Source of the DNA: Botryllus schlosseri | Lineage: Eukaryota | DNA length: 64,000 nt | Reading direction: 5' to 3' | Assembly: GCA_051294905.1 (NCBI GenBank) | Contig: CM119373.1 | Location: 3,040,001 to 3,104,000, forward strand | Position numbers and translations under genes: made by a program | Notes under the pieces: model-generated | Seen by the model: only the letters and a program-made list of their open reading frames with translations | Database searches by the model: none | What the model was told of the DNA's origin: nothing | In this document: piece by piece, positions 26,396-40,700 of the stretch | How positions within the stretch are numbered: position 1 is the stretch's first letter | How the letters are laid out: the number at the start of each line of letters is the position of its first letter

Positions 26396-29300
26396 GGTAA
26401 TGCATATATAGGTCTATATATGATGCGAGGTATATTAAATCATTCTCATTTCGTACTGGTTTGACTTTGAGGATAGAATTAAGCATTTGGAACTCACCGA
26501 ACATGTCGTCCTAAAATATAGAAGAATGGAATTAAGTGATATTTAAGCTTTCAGCATCAACGTCACGTTACACAACAGACGAAATATAAACGCATATAAC
26601 AGTACGGGCCTTGTTATTGAATCCATCCACTATTCAGCCTGTTATGGAATTGCCCATGGGATTTGTTATGTGCATGTGCAATGTGCATGAAGTATTCTAA
26701 TAGAATTTGACATAGCCTGTCGACGTTTGCAAGCTGATATGAACACCATGAGAATACCGACCGGAAATCGAAGACTATTGCTGGATCAACTCAGGTCAGT
26801 ATGGTATACCGAAATTGTGATGAGCTTGGCCCAACGACATCCCTCACGAAAAATCAAAACTTTTGTAATTGATTGTATCAAAACTATATATGAGTTGACG
26901 GCCAAACACATAGAATGATCCTATGATTTTCGTAAATCCTGACATACCGCCATTGTCAGCTCGACTTCTTTTTCGGGTGCGCATTGGTGTTCCCCTGAAA
27001 AGGAATGCGTAATCTTTAAATGAGTCCTTAAAATGAAATACTGTTATAATTAATTTCGGTTTATCTTTACGCTCATAGCTTTCATATATTTAGACAAGTG
27101 GATTTGAATGAAATAGTATTTACGGTGACCGATTCTTTGTTTATTTATTATAGTTGTGCTCCCCGTAAATACCATTTTATCCAAATCTAAATTTTTCGAC
27201 GGCATTAACTCCGCTTCCACTGGTTGGAATTGAACCACATTTGGTGAGGATCGTTTTTATAGACAGCCTAACACTTTCATGGGGTGAACAGAAAATTTTC
27301 AAATTTTTTCAATATTTATTTTTATATAATAAATAGAAACTTACTTCTCCTGTAGCAAAGCGTTTACTGGTTGGAATTGAACCAAATGTTGTGTGTAGGC
27401 TTAAATTAGGCAACCTAACAAGTTCATCAAGTAACCAGTACGATTTGAGAGAAAAATTTTGACGAGCCCTAATGAACGTTGTGTCTCTATGGATGTTAGA
27501 TTGACACGCCGCACTGGTCGTTTCGACATTCTTTTATGAAGAGCTTCTTGGAGGTACAGAACTTCAATGTATCATTCAATAGTACATTCATATTGAAATG
27601 AATCCGAATATTTTCGGCTGACACTCGTCAGGGTTAATCGTCAGCAACTAGTAGAGAATTGGAAATAACACTGTATATCAACAATCGTATTACAAATTAA
27701 GGCGTCACCAGCATGAAATTTCGAATACAATAGCGTTTAATGCATTATTTTAGAATGTACACGAACTCCTTTTGCAGATACAGCCTTGGCTGGTGTATTT
27801 TGATAAAAGTAAGTCGACTCATTGCGTTACATTGTGTCTTGCTTATCACATTGTTCGTGTGGATGAAAATAATAGCATCCCTGGTTACATATTTTATCCG
27901 AAAATTGCCTCTTGATAGTACAGTACTGACTAAATGATTTTGTAACAATACTCTAGAACCTCTAATTCCAAGCGAGTTCATCCCGAAAAGCAACAGAATG
28001 GACGATATCCAGTGGTCGAACATTCTGAAAATATCATATATACAGAATAAACGTATTATAGATGTTAGATGTTAGATTATAGATGTTAGTAATTAAGTTT
28101 GGGGAAAATCGAGTGAGTCCGTGGTTTGAGTCTTAATCGAGTGGTATGCGTCGAGTCGAGAATTCCAGCATAGCTTATTATGACGTCATAGCAGCATGGA
28201 AGATCTGGAAAGCTCACACAAACACCTTTTACGCGACCACAAAGAACGCAATGCCACTTCTACATGCCAGCTAGCTATGTCGTGAATGAATGGTGGGAAT
28301 GCTGCACCAAAGCAAGTCATCGGTCGTCGATCCCTCTCACGCGCAATTCAAATGAACACTAACAGGCCAGTATGAGTTGTCTGATATATGATACGTGATG
28401 CATGCATTTGAAAAAAATCAATGCTGACAAGTTGTGAGCCGATGTGTAACAATATGATTACCGACTGGGAACTGTCTAAAATTTATTATTTTCCCTAGCC
28501 TCGACGAGATAGTGTAACAGTGAAGGAATGTATGCCAGAAATTTTGGAAATGGACGAAGTGATGCGTCACGTGGATATCGCACAGATCGAAGAAATGGCA
28601 TATACTTTTTTCGTGAAAATATTTTAGCTGCAGTTTGAATAATGGCCATTCGACCATGTTGGTGCGGTATCTTCGATCAGCTGAATGTTATTTCCTAGAT
28701 ACAATACGCTTTACGTATCAAAGTAACCATGGTTGAAACTCCTGACATTTGTTGGACGCATTACAAAACCGGGAATGTCATTATCATTGCATCGGAAGTG
28801 AAATTAATTAGCGGGTCGGATGGTAAAAAACAGCTGACACTTGTTGGTGTTAATATTTATTAAATATAAGAAGTTCTTATATTGAAAAACAACTAAAATC
28901 GAATGCAATTGCTTGCTAACATGTTATCCCAACAATCGCTTGTCCTGAATACCGACAATATTTTATTTTTACATTTTCAATTTAGGCCGACATGTTTCAT
29001 GTCAAAACAGTTGTCTGATCGAATGGCCGCTACAAGTCGTATTGGTTCCTTTCTATCAGGTAATTTATTCGTAATCTATTGATATGGTGGGATGGTGAAA
29101 TTATTAATGAATAAGTAAGCCGCGAACGCATCGCCCGCCTAGTTCGGCCAAGTCACGGTCGGATTACGCCTGGTCATGGAAACACGGTCGAGATGTACAG
29201 CGCAGGCTTCACGGCCTTTCGGTCGTAGATTCTTGGAAACGAAGTAAATGAAGCGACCAAGTAGTTTTCCGACAAATTCGGGCAAAGCCGTTTCTTCGCT

Positions 29301-30471
29301 TAATTCATATAAAAGTGAGCGGAACGAAACCGCTCTTCCTACTCGGAATCGACCGTGTATGTGGGACGATGAAATGAAAATGACTGTCCACTTTTGTTTG
29401 ATGACTTGTAGCTCAATACTGCGTTTGTCACATGCCTCGGCAAATCATTCATTTCACATATATGGACGTCAACTTGCAGCTAACGATTGTAAGCAATCAT
29501 TACCTTCTCAAATTTCTGATTCCAACTTCCTGCAAACGCAGCGACGTCTACTTTGCTTCTTTGTTCGCTATACTTCGATGCGAGAATACAGCATATAGCG
29601 AGAATATTATCTGTTATGTTTTAGAAGGCAGGCCCTATCAGTATGTACGAGTATATGTTTTATTTCCGTGTTGTTATGACTATTTGTAGAGTGGAGTATG
29701 GGTGCATTAAAAGTCATTCACACATCAAAATCGTTGACGTAGTTATTACGGAAATAGGACATCAGGTAGTTTGAGCTTGTGCTCCAAGCGGCAATTATTT
29801 CGAACGATTGTTTCGTTTAATGCGGATTCAGCAATATCTGTCGCAATGAAATCATCTTGTTATCGCATTCATACTGCGGAATTCCAACACAATATTAACC
29901 CAACAATTGATATCGGGACCTCTATATACCCTATACTTGTGATATAACCGTTACTGACCTGGAGAATACTTACGACAATCCTTTAGGCTTCGCGGAACCA
30001 CAGATTTTTGATGATCATAAAAACAAAACTCTCCCATGATACCCATCTATAGTACATGATTATAGATTACTGGTGCACGAAAGGAACTGTGCATCAATAT
30101 GTGGAACGAACAAAACTATTAAAAAAGGATTTTCGCACAAATCGAAAACACTGCAATTAATATTTATTGCTAATCAATGTTTTTTTCAGATTCCAGTTCC
30201 GAAATGTGAGGCTTCGCCTTGGAAAGTGGCATCGTATTATTCGGTCGAAACGCAGCAGTTTGATACCCATTAGTTGCTAGATTGCAACTGAACTTTCATA
30301 TATTGGAGATAGAATTGGCATTTAAGAAGAACGGCGTTTCCATTTCGATCCCCTGCCAATACCACTGCACATCACGTACCACCATTATGGTCACAATCCG
30401 ACTACTGATCGAGTGATCGCGCATAATTGCCTTCAGCCAATGTTGGCCAAGTCTGACGTATCATCATAAAT

Positions 30472-31795
30472 GAGGGGTCGGCAAACCCCGGCTCTCGTGG
30501 CACGCGGCACGTGGCACTTGTGGCACGCGAGATGATTCCACGCAAGCGACATATTGAAACCATCTTTTTGCAAAAAGTGAAATAGAAGTTTTCGAAATGT
30601 ACAAAGCTCCTAGGTGATCCTAAATTATTTATGTAAACCAGCATGAAACACAGTCTTTTAGGCCCAATTTTATTTATCATGAGAAATTTCTTTACGCGCT
30701 GCGCGCGATTTATTGGAACCTCATGCTTTCATTATTGCATGGTAAACCTCAATAAATACACGTATATGTATACATGAAATGTTTAAAAATATATGCATAA
30801 TGTACAGAAATGAGTCAACCGCATTAGCAGTTATGAAAGAACGTCAACCGAATATCTTATGAAACCGTTTGGATGCTTTAATCTGGGAGTGTTTAGAGTA
30901 CTGTACAGCCTACGGGAGCGCAACTATATTATATAAACCGGCATTTCCACCCTATAGAAGATACGACATAGATACATTGTTTTGGACAATATGCGACCAT
31001 ACGACTCCCGTGCGGTGTATGCATTCCCAAAATGATTGGCGGCGATAAATCATGAAATAAAATAACCCCCTCATGCTTGCCAAAACGTTCGCCATTGATA
31101 TGTCCACTGTCAAGGCGCCGGAGTGACCAGCGCCGAATAGTCCATCGACAGCAGCTTGAGCCACACGTATCAATGAGACCCACTGAGGAAAATAATGAGC
31201 ACTGTGTCCAAATGCGAATTTGAAATCGTGTTTGTCTGTCGAATGGAGATATTCTTCTAGTTTCGTCTGGTGTGCAAGCGATACAATATACATTGAGCAA
31301 CGAACATCTTGACCGCTTTACCGCGACCGTTTGCAGACAAATCAAGTGTCAGACCAACCCTGATGTGACACCAAACCGACTTGTATGATTCGGGGGTGGG
31401 CAAATTTTTCATCATCATCAGACCATATCATCGCAACAACACTCGTTGGCTTGTCATTTATTAGATATGGTACGGAAGACGGTGGACTTGGAAACGATCA
31501 AATCGAGCACAGAAGATCGAACATTGCGCGATGGAAAATAAATCATGTAAATATTACGTATATGTAGTAGGCGATAGGTAAGGTGAGGTAGCCACCAAAA
31601 TCTGTTTCCTTCGCGAATAATTCAAGAATCACTGGCGTAACGGATGCCGTTGTCAGCTGCAGAAAAACGGTTGGCGGTATTCCTTGCTTAAAACGTTAAA
31701 TATTAATACTTTGAATGTTTGGCACGCAAGCTGGTAGTAATTTGACATTTTTTAAACATTTTGGCACGCTGCACACAAAAGGTTGCCGGCCCCAG
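30472..31795. mobile_element. Old hAT-type non-autonomous element
   Basis: Degenerate TIRs gAGGGGTCGGCAAAC / GGTTGCCGGCCCCag, subterminal GGCACG motifs, flanks tcataaat/tcatatgt (6/8 match). Confidence 0.65.
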
Positions 31796-32229
31796 TCATA
31801 TGTATGAGTTGATTGTGTGTCCTGACCTCCAGTGAGCACTTTAAAGTGACACAGGAAACTTCTGGTGTTCAGGTAACACTGCTTAAGAGCCTGACAGACC
31901 AGTGCACGTTTTCGCGCGATGCAGCGTACACTGTAAAAAATAAAGGTGTCCATAGACATGTTTACACCTGGTACCTCCTAATACATGTCCGTCATGTAAA
32001 ACCATACGACAGGTTTAGTTCCACCTGTTGCCTAACATGTTTCTGCCCGTCATGTAATCTCGAAAACACGTCTGACCTGAGACTTCAATTGACCTTTCAC
32101 CTTGGACCGACTGGCACAAAATCTGTAGCCAGGATATGAATTAAAACAAGCAATTCAGTGTTGGATCAAATGATGGTATATTGAGAACAAATGCATCAAA
32201 ACAAGAAAAAATCTGAAATGGCGAGAGTT

Positions 32230-33610
32230 TCGGATAATACGTAATGAAATAAGAATTACTATAACGGCTAAAAATATTGACATGTCATGGCGCAATTAAT
32301 TTACTACTAACAGCCACAGTGTAAGTCGAAGAGTACCGAACGTTAAGAAGTTTTGGAACTTATGCAATGAAAGAAGAGTTATATACAACAATGGCTAAAA
32401 ATATTGGCCCGTCATCAATGAATTAATTTACTACAAAAAGCCACAGTGTGAGCCGCAGAGTGCCTAACGTTAAGAAGTTTTGGAACTTATGCAATGAATG
32501 AAGAATTATTACAACAACGGCTAAAAATATTGGCCCGTCATCAATGAATTAATTTACTACAAAAAGCCAGAGCAGGCCACAGAGTACCTAACGTTAAGAA
32601 GTTTTGGAACTTATGCAATGAAAGAAAAATTCTTACAACAACGGCTAAAAATATTGGCCCCTCATAAATTAATTAATTTACTACAAAAAGCCACAGTGAA
32701 AGCCGCCTATAGTACCTAATGTTTTGAAGTTTTGGACATATGTAATGAAACCAGAATTATTCCAACAATGGCTAAAAATATATGCCCGTCATCAATGAAT
32801 TAATTTCCTACAAAAAGCCACAGTGTAAGCCGCAGAGTGCCTAACGTTAAGAAGTTTTGAAACTTATGCAATGAATGAAGAATTATTACAACAACGGCTA
32901 AAAACATTGGCCCGTCATCAATGAATTAATTTACTACAAAAAGCCAGAGCAGGCCACAGAGTACCTAACGTTAAGAAGTTTTGGAACTTATGCAATGAAA
33001 GAACAATTCTTACAACAACGGCTAAAAATATTGGCCCCTCATAAATTAATTAATTTACTACAAAAAGCCACAGTGTAAGCCGCAGAGAGCCTAACGTTAA
33101 GAAGTTTTGGAATTTATACAATGAAAGAAGAATTGTTACAACAACAGCTAAAAATATTGACCCGTCATCAATGAATTAATTTACTACAAAAAGCCACAGT
33201 GTGAGCGGCCTAGTACCTAATGTTTTGAAGTTTTGGACATATGTAATGAAACCAGAATTATAATAACGGCTAAAATCATTGACCCGTCCTCAATAAATTA
33301 ATCAAATTAAATTACAATGAACAGCCACAGTCAGCCACACCTAACGTTAGAAAGTTTCGAAACGTATGTAATGAAACAAGAATTAATATACCGGCTTGAA
33401 ACATTGACCGGTCCTCGATTAATCAAGTTATTACAAGTTGTCACAGTGAAAGGCGCCGAGTACCTAATGCAATGACACAAGAATTATAACGGCTAAAAAT
33501 ATTGACCTGTCCTTGGTGAATTATTCAAATTAATTTACTACGAACAGCCAAAGTCTACCTAACGTTACAAAGTTTCGAGACAGCCGCAGTGTACTTAACG
33601 TTCGGAAGTT
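32230..33610 (+). repeat. Satellite array, ~125-bp unit, about 10-11 copies, decaying at both edges
   Basis: The motif gctaaaaatattggcccgtcatcaatgaattaatttactacaaaaagccac recurs about every 125 bp. Confidence 0.95.
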
Positions 33611-33892
33611 TCGAAGGAGAGTTCGTGACGACGGACCATGAATTAGAGGCTGATGGAGCGAACTTGATGTTGAACAGCCAGTATATTGCCAGTATTATGG
33701 CCATAGCATGATGGAAGCTTCTGACCCCTTTGATAACTTTGCCATAGAAGAGAACTTTCCATTCATTCAGGATCGTATTGTACTTGATCGTCGGATATAA
33801 TTCTTTGGCTCCTGATAAATAAAAATGATATTAGCTTAGTACTATCGATGTGGTCTGAGATTATGAATTGAGTTGAGTATGAGGCCTAATAA

Positions 33893-34268
33893 TAGAGTTA
33901 CCATGCGTCCTCTTTCAATAGGATTTGTCCTCTTTCTTGACTTTTTCAAAAGTGTCCTCGGAGGACGCCCTTTTGTCCTCTTTTTTGAGATTTTGTCCTC
34001 TTTTTTGAAAATTTAGGTCACATTTAGAGCGAAATGCGAGTGATATGCCGTAAATTAGCACAGAAGTGACTCTATTGCGGGTATTTCGGAGTGAAAAACG
34101 GTGATTGGAGCTCTGAGCGAAAAGTTGACCTTTTTTAAAAATTTTCCAGTCAACCGGTCACAAAGTGGGCAAAATTCACCGATTTTTGAGAATTCTTCTC
34201 CGGTTTTGCAAGTCTCAAATTTCTGAAAAAGTGTCCTCTTTTTAGATTTCCAAAATATGGTAAGCCTA
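33893..34268. mobile_element. hAT-type MITE
   Basis: Imperfect TIRs TAGAGTTACCAT / ATGGTAAGCCTA, perfect 8-bp TSD CCTAATAA, internal GTCCTC repeats; related fragment at ~17620-17850. Confidence 0.85.
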
Positions 34269-35460
34269 CCTAATAAGTCATTACCGCACGAGTCGGGGTC
34301 ATGCAAAGAGGTAAGAAAACGATCTTACGTGATGGTGCTTTCAAGGATATCGAGCGAGCATAATGGTACCCAGAGTGGAATGATTTTAGCATCAGTCGTA
34401 ACACTGCAACTTTCTAAGTGAAATAGGAGGGGCCAATATTGGTTTCACATCATCTTCTTTGATTGGACGCCATATACTAGTGACAATTTCACCATAGTGT
34501 CCTACAGTAGCATGGACACGGGAAAATCTCGTTACTCACTGATATTGGATTACATCATTCTTTCGATTTACAGTGACCTTTCGAGATACCAATTTTTATC
34601 AAATACAGTGTTAATACAGCAATACAGTGTTAATAGTGCCATAAATTGCCTTTTTTGTATGATGTGAATGATGTAGCCTGATGGCAGTGAGCCATGCGAT
34701 TTGCTTGTGTCCACAACACAGTGACATAATGCTTACACATACACCAAACAACTTACTTTGTCAACAAACAGGAAGCTGCCATAGTTGTCATTGAAGAATT
34801 GAAGATCGTTGGGATCCCGACCATCCACCCCAGTTTTTGACGACCTGAACGAGAAGTGTCAGAAATCAACTCAATGTATGTTTTGACGCGACTGCGACGT
34901 CGTAAAGTAAATCAGCGACTTTGAAACCTTGCGCGGGCCCCTCTAATGTTGATAAAGATTTTCAGTCATCCGACAGGAGGTAACACGGTTGGGCAAGGGT
35001 GAAAACATGACATATATTACTACGCAGCAAATTCGATGACAATTATGTTACGACAACCAAGTGTGCAGTCATGTCCTGCAAGGAGTTGCAGGTCGCCTCT
35101 GTATACCTCTGGGCTCATTTGACAAGGATTATTCCAAGCTTGGACATATGAATATCAAGGTTGCGGCGAGGCTGCGTACATCGCGTTGTGCAAAGGTTTC
35201 ACCGCTGACAATATTTCTGCGAGTACTAATAAATATTATAATCAATTTCTAGAATCGCCTTGCAGCCCGAGGGTTGGTCGCCCTTATATCTAAGGAAGAA
35301 ATGTCTACGTCTGGAAGTATGTGCGTTTAAAAAATTCAAGAAAACTAATATCTGCCCAAAAAGAACAATGTATGTTAATTTAAAAAGTATCTTTAGGTCA
35401 CCGACGAGTTTTATACATTTTGAAAACTGACTTCACTTTTTGCTAACCCATGGTAATAAT

Positions 35461-35979
35461 TAGGGCCAATCAAAGCCATATTTTGTTCTATGCATCAGCA
35501 AGTCGTGAAATCAATTTCAACACAAAACCGTATCCCTTTGAGCTATATTAAAGCTATGAAGTCACATTTTCCTGATTAGGTCATAAAGCTCAAAATTTAC
35601 ATTAAGAAGCGATTGGACAAAAACGAGGTTTAACAAATAATGGAGCTGCAAATACAAGACATTTCACCAGCGCTTTATGCACCCCTGCAGAAGTGGCAAC
35701 CCACATCAGCGTCTGTGGAGCTCTCACTTTCCTTACCGAAGTCATTTTACGTCCGAATCGTAACTTCAAAGACTTTAACATTTCACACTACTACTGTACT
35801 GCAACAGTGATTTAGAATAAAAAATGGACGTGTATAACTGTTGTTGCATAGGTTTTACTCTTTAGTTCTGTGAGTGCCGATATTTGCATGTAAAAATACA
35901 CCATTTTCACATAAATTCATATTTTCCAAAAAATAAAGTCATATTATTGATTTTCTAAGGTCATATAAAAATGGCCCTA
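35461..35979 (+). mobile_element. hAT deletion derivative
   Basis: TIRs TAGGGCCA / TGGCCCTA, TSD gtaataat/gttataat (7/8), internal remnant reading PTSASVE near 35700. Confidence 0.7.
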
Positions 35980-37480
35980 GTTATAATATATATGTCATTT
36001 GTTGTGTCATGAAAAATGATTGCGCATGCCACAAATGCCGAGGGATTGTGCCGTCAGTGACTTGATCATAACACTGCTTTATACCTACGGTACCCAATGC
36101 GCATCGATCAAGATCGGGTAAATCTCCAGCAGACTGTGTTGACATCCCATTCCGAATGGCCTCGCAACGCGATTCGAATGTTCTTTTCATCCTATCCAGA
36201 ATCGTTTCCTTGTGAGGTATTCTCCACTTGCCTCTTATTGCGTTTTGATGTATCTCGATGCTGCGCTCGTCGTCTGTGGAGAGTATACATGTTGACTCTG
36301 TAGGACAAAATAGATCCTAATCAAAACATGACCGGTTATCGGTGCTACTTCTTGCCAATGTTCCTTCTAAGCTGCTCGCATGCGCACAGACACGAGAAAA
36401 ATTAGACGTAACATTGTCTGTTGGCGTTATCAGTATCATATCAAAATATTCATATTGAAGATATCTAGATCAAGAAAGAAAGATACTAAAATGCTCACAT
36501 TGGATGTTGTGACTCGAGAATTCTTGCAGCGTTGACTAGATTTTTCCACAAGCTGCTGAGATTTCCGTTTGCCGCAGCGTCCATGCTTCTGCTATTCAAA
36601 GTTTAAGACGAGAACTTCTTTTTCATGGTGTGTTCTCCATTCCCTCAACTTGTTGCAGAGCTTGTCTTTCCATGATCCCTGCAATGTGGCATAGTTGAAG
36701 AAAGGTTTGGATTAAGTTTGGACAAACTTCTGAGATGTGTGTCACCAACATTGAAAAATTGGAATGTAATGCCGCCCCTGCTGTATGATATTACACATTG
36801 ATAATAATCGTCAATAATTGGTGCATGCATTGCATACGTTGTAGGACTAGCCTATTGCATGAACGTGGTAAGGGGATGTTATTATCATTGACTTGATCCC
36901 AACACTGCTTTATACCTGCCCAATGCGCATCAATCAACATCGGCTAAATCTCGAACAGACTTTGTGTTGATATCCCTTTTTTTCTTGTCACGTAGTCTTT
37001 TCACCCACTCGACACTTATTGCTTTTTGCTGTACCTCGATGCCGCGCTCGTCTTCTGGAGAATATACCGATTGAGGTTGACTCTGTAATAAATATCTTCA
37101 TTACAGCCAAGCCAATCATCAGCTTGCCGGTAATATCGAGTCAATTTATTGCAGAAATAACAAAAGTTTTTTCAGGCCCAACTATTTCGTAAGAACAGAC
37201 AGTTCCGACCAGAAATGAAGATAAGCAGTAGCCTAAAATTCTAAGGTAATGGTAGAAAACAGGCAATTTACATATACGAGATCACATTTTCATCAAAATT
37301 AAGATTTTTAGGCTGAAAAATGTCAAAATTGTCAGAATGTCAGATTTTATCGGTCAAAATCTTCGGTTCTTAGATTAAAATAAAATCACAATAGGAAAAC
37401 ATCACGTATTCGTTGCAGAAGTTCATATCAACATATTCTAACATATTCTATTCTATGGCAGATTAGTAATCTATATAGAC

Positions 37481-38128
37481 CAGAAATGGCCAACCTTTTC
37501 GGCTAAAGGGCCACATGCAATTGACGATCGAGTGCGCGGTCCACTAGCCACGCCAAGCAGATAAAATTTTCGAAATTTATAAATAAACAAGGTCAATAAT
37601 ATTATTACTCGAGTATTGCGGGTCTATTGTATACCGCCCGCTAGACTCAGTTTGCAAGGGCACGACTATTTGGCGTCTGGTCACATCGATATCGCCATTT
37701 CACCATTGACGATCTTTATGCGAGCGCAAACGCGTAAAGACTTTCTCCCGTAATTGCGAATACAGTTAGACTCAATCGGATAAAATAGGCGTTTTTTTCG
37801 TTTTCAGTAGGGGGAAGGCTACCAAGCAAGAAATCGTGCGAAAATTAAACACGCAAAGCGTGAAGAAAAATTTCGCTGCTATTTTACTTTATTGTAATGT
37901 ACGACGACTTACTGAAAAGGTGACTGGACCCTGGATCTGCCAATGCGTCGGAACTGATATTTTAGTCATCAACATCCCAAGTGTCGCAGCAAGAATTGTA
38001 ATTTTTTGTTGGCATTGCAAGTTCACAATCTGAGCAATTCATTTTCGATAATATAATAGGAAATTAGCTCACGGGTCACGCAAAACCCTCTCGCTGGCCA
38101 TATTTGGCCCACGGGTTGGTCACCCCTG
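37481..38128. mobile_element. hAT (Charlie-like) MITE
   Basis: Degenerate TIRs CAGAAATGGCCAACC / GGTTGGTCACCCCTG with perfect 8-bp TSD ATATAGAC. Confidence 0.85.
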
Positions 38129-38723
38129 ATATAGACAGGCCAATGCGATCATTTCAGAGCCGGAGCAGCAGCTAGAGCAGGAGCAGTTTAAATTTGCGGC
38201 TGCTCTAAAGCCCTGCATAACACGGCGTGATTTTGGCTAAAAATCTATATTCGTTTCTATTACAGATATCGAACAAGACAAGATAATTTTAGTACAGTAT
38301 GATTACCATGATCATCGCTTTATGACGATAATTCTGTTGACATGCATAGAATATAATTACTCACTTCCATCGTCAAACCAGTCATATTGTCCCATATCTT
38401 TGGCAGACAATTCATAGAAATCGCCAATCAATTCAAGCGACTTGTCGTAATATTCCGTAGTGAATTTTCTGTCCTAGATGGTGCTACGAACTGCACATCT
38501 CACAACATCATAAATCTCAATATTACCATGGATGATCAGCATTTTCATATTTAATAGCACAAGAGTAATAAATCGCTAACCAGTCTGATGAATCTGAAAA
38601 ATAGAACGTCATGTTCAAAATTACACAATTTTAATTACCGGTACTTTTCTCTATCGGCATATAGTTCACTATTAAACTTCGAAACATATTCTATGATGCA
38701 GTCTATTGTAGCGATCTCACCAT

Positions 38724-38897
38724 CAATGTTCCCTCTAAGCTGCGCACATGCACAAATGCGCAGTGCTAACACGGTCTCTGCGCACAAAAAATCAGATATG
38801 ATGACCTTTTTTTTAGTCTTTACGCACTGTTGTCCAAGGGTCTGCGCAGTGAGTTCGTGAGTGTGCGCAGACTCGTCAAAAATTAGAGGGAACATTG
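38724..38897. mobile_element. 174-bp hAT-type MITE
   Basis: Perfect 15-bp TIRs CAATGTTCCCTCTAA / TTAGAGGGAACATTG, perfect TSD CTCACCAT; a lone left end also occurs near 36356. Confidence 0.92.
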
Positions 38898-40088
38898 CTC
38901 ACCATACTGTAATTTACCAATACAGTATACCGGTAAATTATGGAGTCTCTGGTTAAATATTTCACCAGGTTGTAAAACACAAAGGAAACCGGTTTCTGTC
39001 ATAGCCTCACAGAAATAACAGTGTAAATATCGCCCAAAGCCTGACTTGAGGATACCACAAATGTGACAGTGCCCGTCAAAATCTTCATAGAAAAATATTT
39101 TACCATCTTGATCCTGATTGACAACATGAATTCTTTTTTGCCGTATTTGTCACATAATTTTACAGAGCAAACTTGTCCCTCCATATCTTGCATTCGACAA
39201 AATGCAACATATTGGCATGGTATACACATCCTCCTAATATATCAACTGGCTCAACTTTCTTAGGTTCATTATTTACATAGTTAAGCTAAGACATTCCCCA
39301 ACATGATATACTGTAATCGACTGGTTACCGTATGCACTCTGAAGCTATATATGGTAAGTGCTAAACGATATGCTGCCTCCACACGCCACACGTTACCGTA
39401 CTGCAGTTAAATGCAGCACACCAACTATGCACACCCTGTAGGCGCGCATATGAATCGGAAACACTTTCCCCGATGAAAACTGATGTGAAATGCATCCTCT
39501 ACTAACTGGACAAATACGATCAATAACCGTCAGCCGGTAATAAACTCCACACTCAGTTTCGCCAACTTTGCTGGCCGCGTAGTGATCGCCGATGGAAGTG
39601 GCTTCCCGGCACTGAAAGTTTTTCAAACTAATCGTAACGCATACGGCAATCACGTGAGTAGTGAAGTAGAACTTCCGTTTTTTTAACCAATCACGTCGGA
39701 TCGTGAAATAGTGTGAGTGATGAACTGAAATTTTACCGTCGTTCTGCAACCAATCACGACGGAGACTGAAATCGAGGACCGTGAACTAAAATTTCCTGTT
39801 TTCCAACCACGGATTCGGAAATCGTGTGAGCTGTGAACTGAAATTATACCTCAGTTTTTCAACCAATCAAGACCAATACTCAAATGTCTTTTTTTTTTAT
39901 AGATAACTAACCTACGCATAGATTCGCACCACCCATCATCACCCTTGCTCGTCGTGAGGAATTGACTACTGAAGTGCTCAGCAATCTGAACGCAGCATGA
40001 TCGGTTATCAATAGCTGAAGACCCGAACCCTCAAATTAAATAAAGTTGATCTTATTTGAAAGCTACCGTCACGCTGATTATGACAAAT

Positions 40089-40700
40089 AATACATTAAAA
40101 TTTCATTAGGACAATGGAACTAACCCGAAATAGCCTAAAAATCTGAAAATCGGCATCGTGCAGCGATGCAGCACAATCACCATAACAACGGCCTTTGCGT
40201 TGTTGCGATCGTTCAGAACAATGCCGATTTGCAGACTTTTGGGGTGCATTTCGAGGGGGTTCCATTGCCCCGATAAGATTTTAATGTATATTTCGGAATC
40301 AATGCGACAGTAGCCTATAAATAAGTTCAACTTTTTATAATTTGAGTGCTCGGATCGTCAGCGATAGGATTAGCAATTATGTTGCGTTCCAATTGGTGCA
40401 ATAAAATCCGAATCTGGTCCCACTGTATCAACATTGCGCAGAATCCCTGTCCCTGACACTATTTCCGTGTCCGTCTGAAAATATACATTAAAATTTCAAT
40501 AGGGCAATGGAATTACCCCGAAGTAGCCTTCAAAATCTGAAAATCAGCATTGTTCCAAACAGTCGCAGCGACGCAGCCCTATAACGCGTGGTTCGGAACA
40601 ATGCCGAATTTCATACTTTTGGGTGTATTTCGAAGGCGTTCCATTGCCCTGATTAGATTTTAATGCATATTTTCGGAATCAGTGCGACAGTAGCTTTCAA
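40089..40700. repeat. Two tandem copies of a ~200-bp imperfect hairpin element
   Basis: atacattaaaatttc..gcaatggaa..tctgaaaatcggcat ... atgccgattt..ttccattgccc..attttaatgtatat at ~40089-40292 and ~40481-40672. Confidence 0.75.

Noticed and set aside
32230..33610. Possible CRISPR-like array
   Set aside because: Entire units are homologous with no unique spacers, and the context is eukaryotic; it is a satellite.
39398..39435. Minus-strand WCAAFNCST resembling a THAP zinc-finger start
   Set aside because: No downstream FP/W/C..HF THAP motifs found; too short to support.
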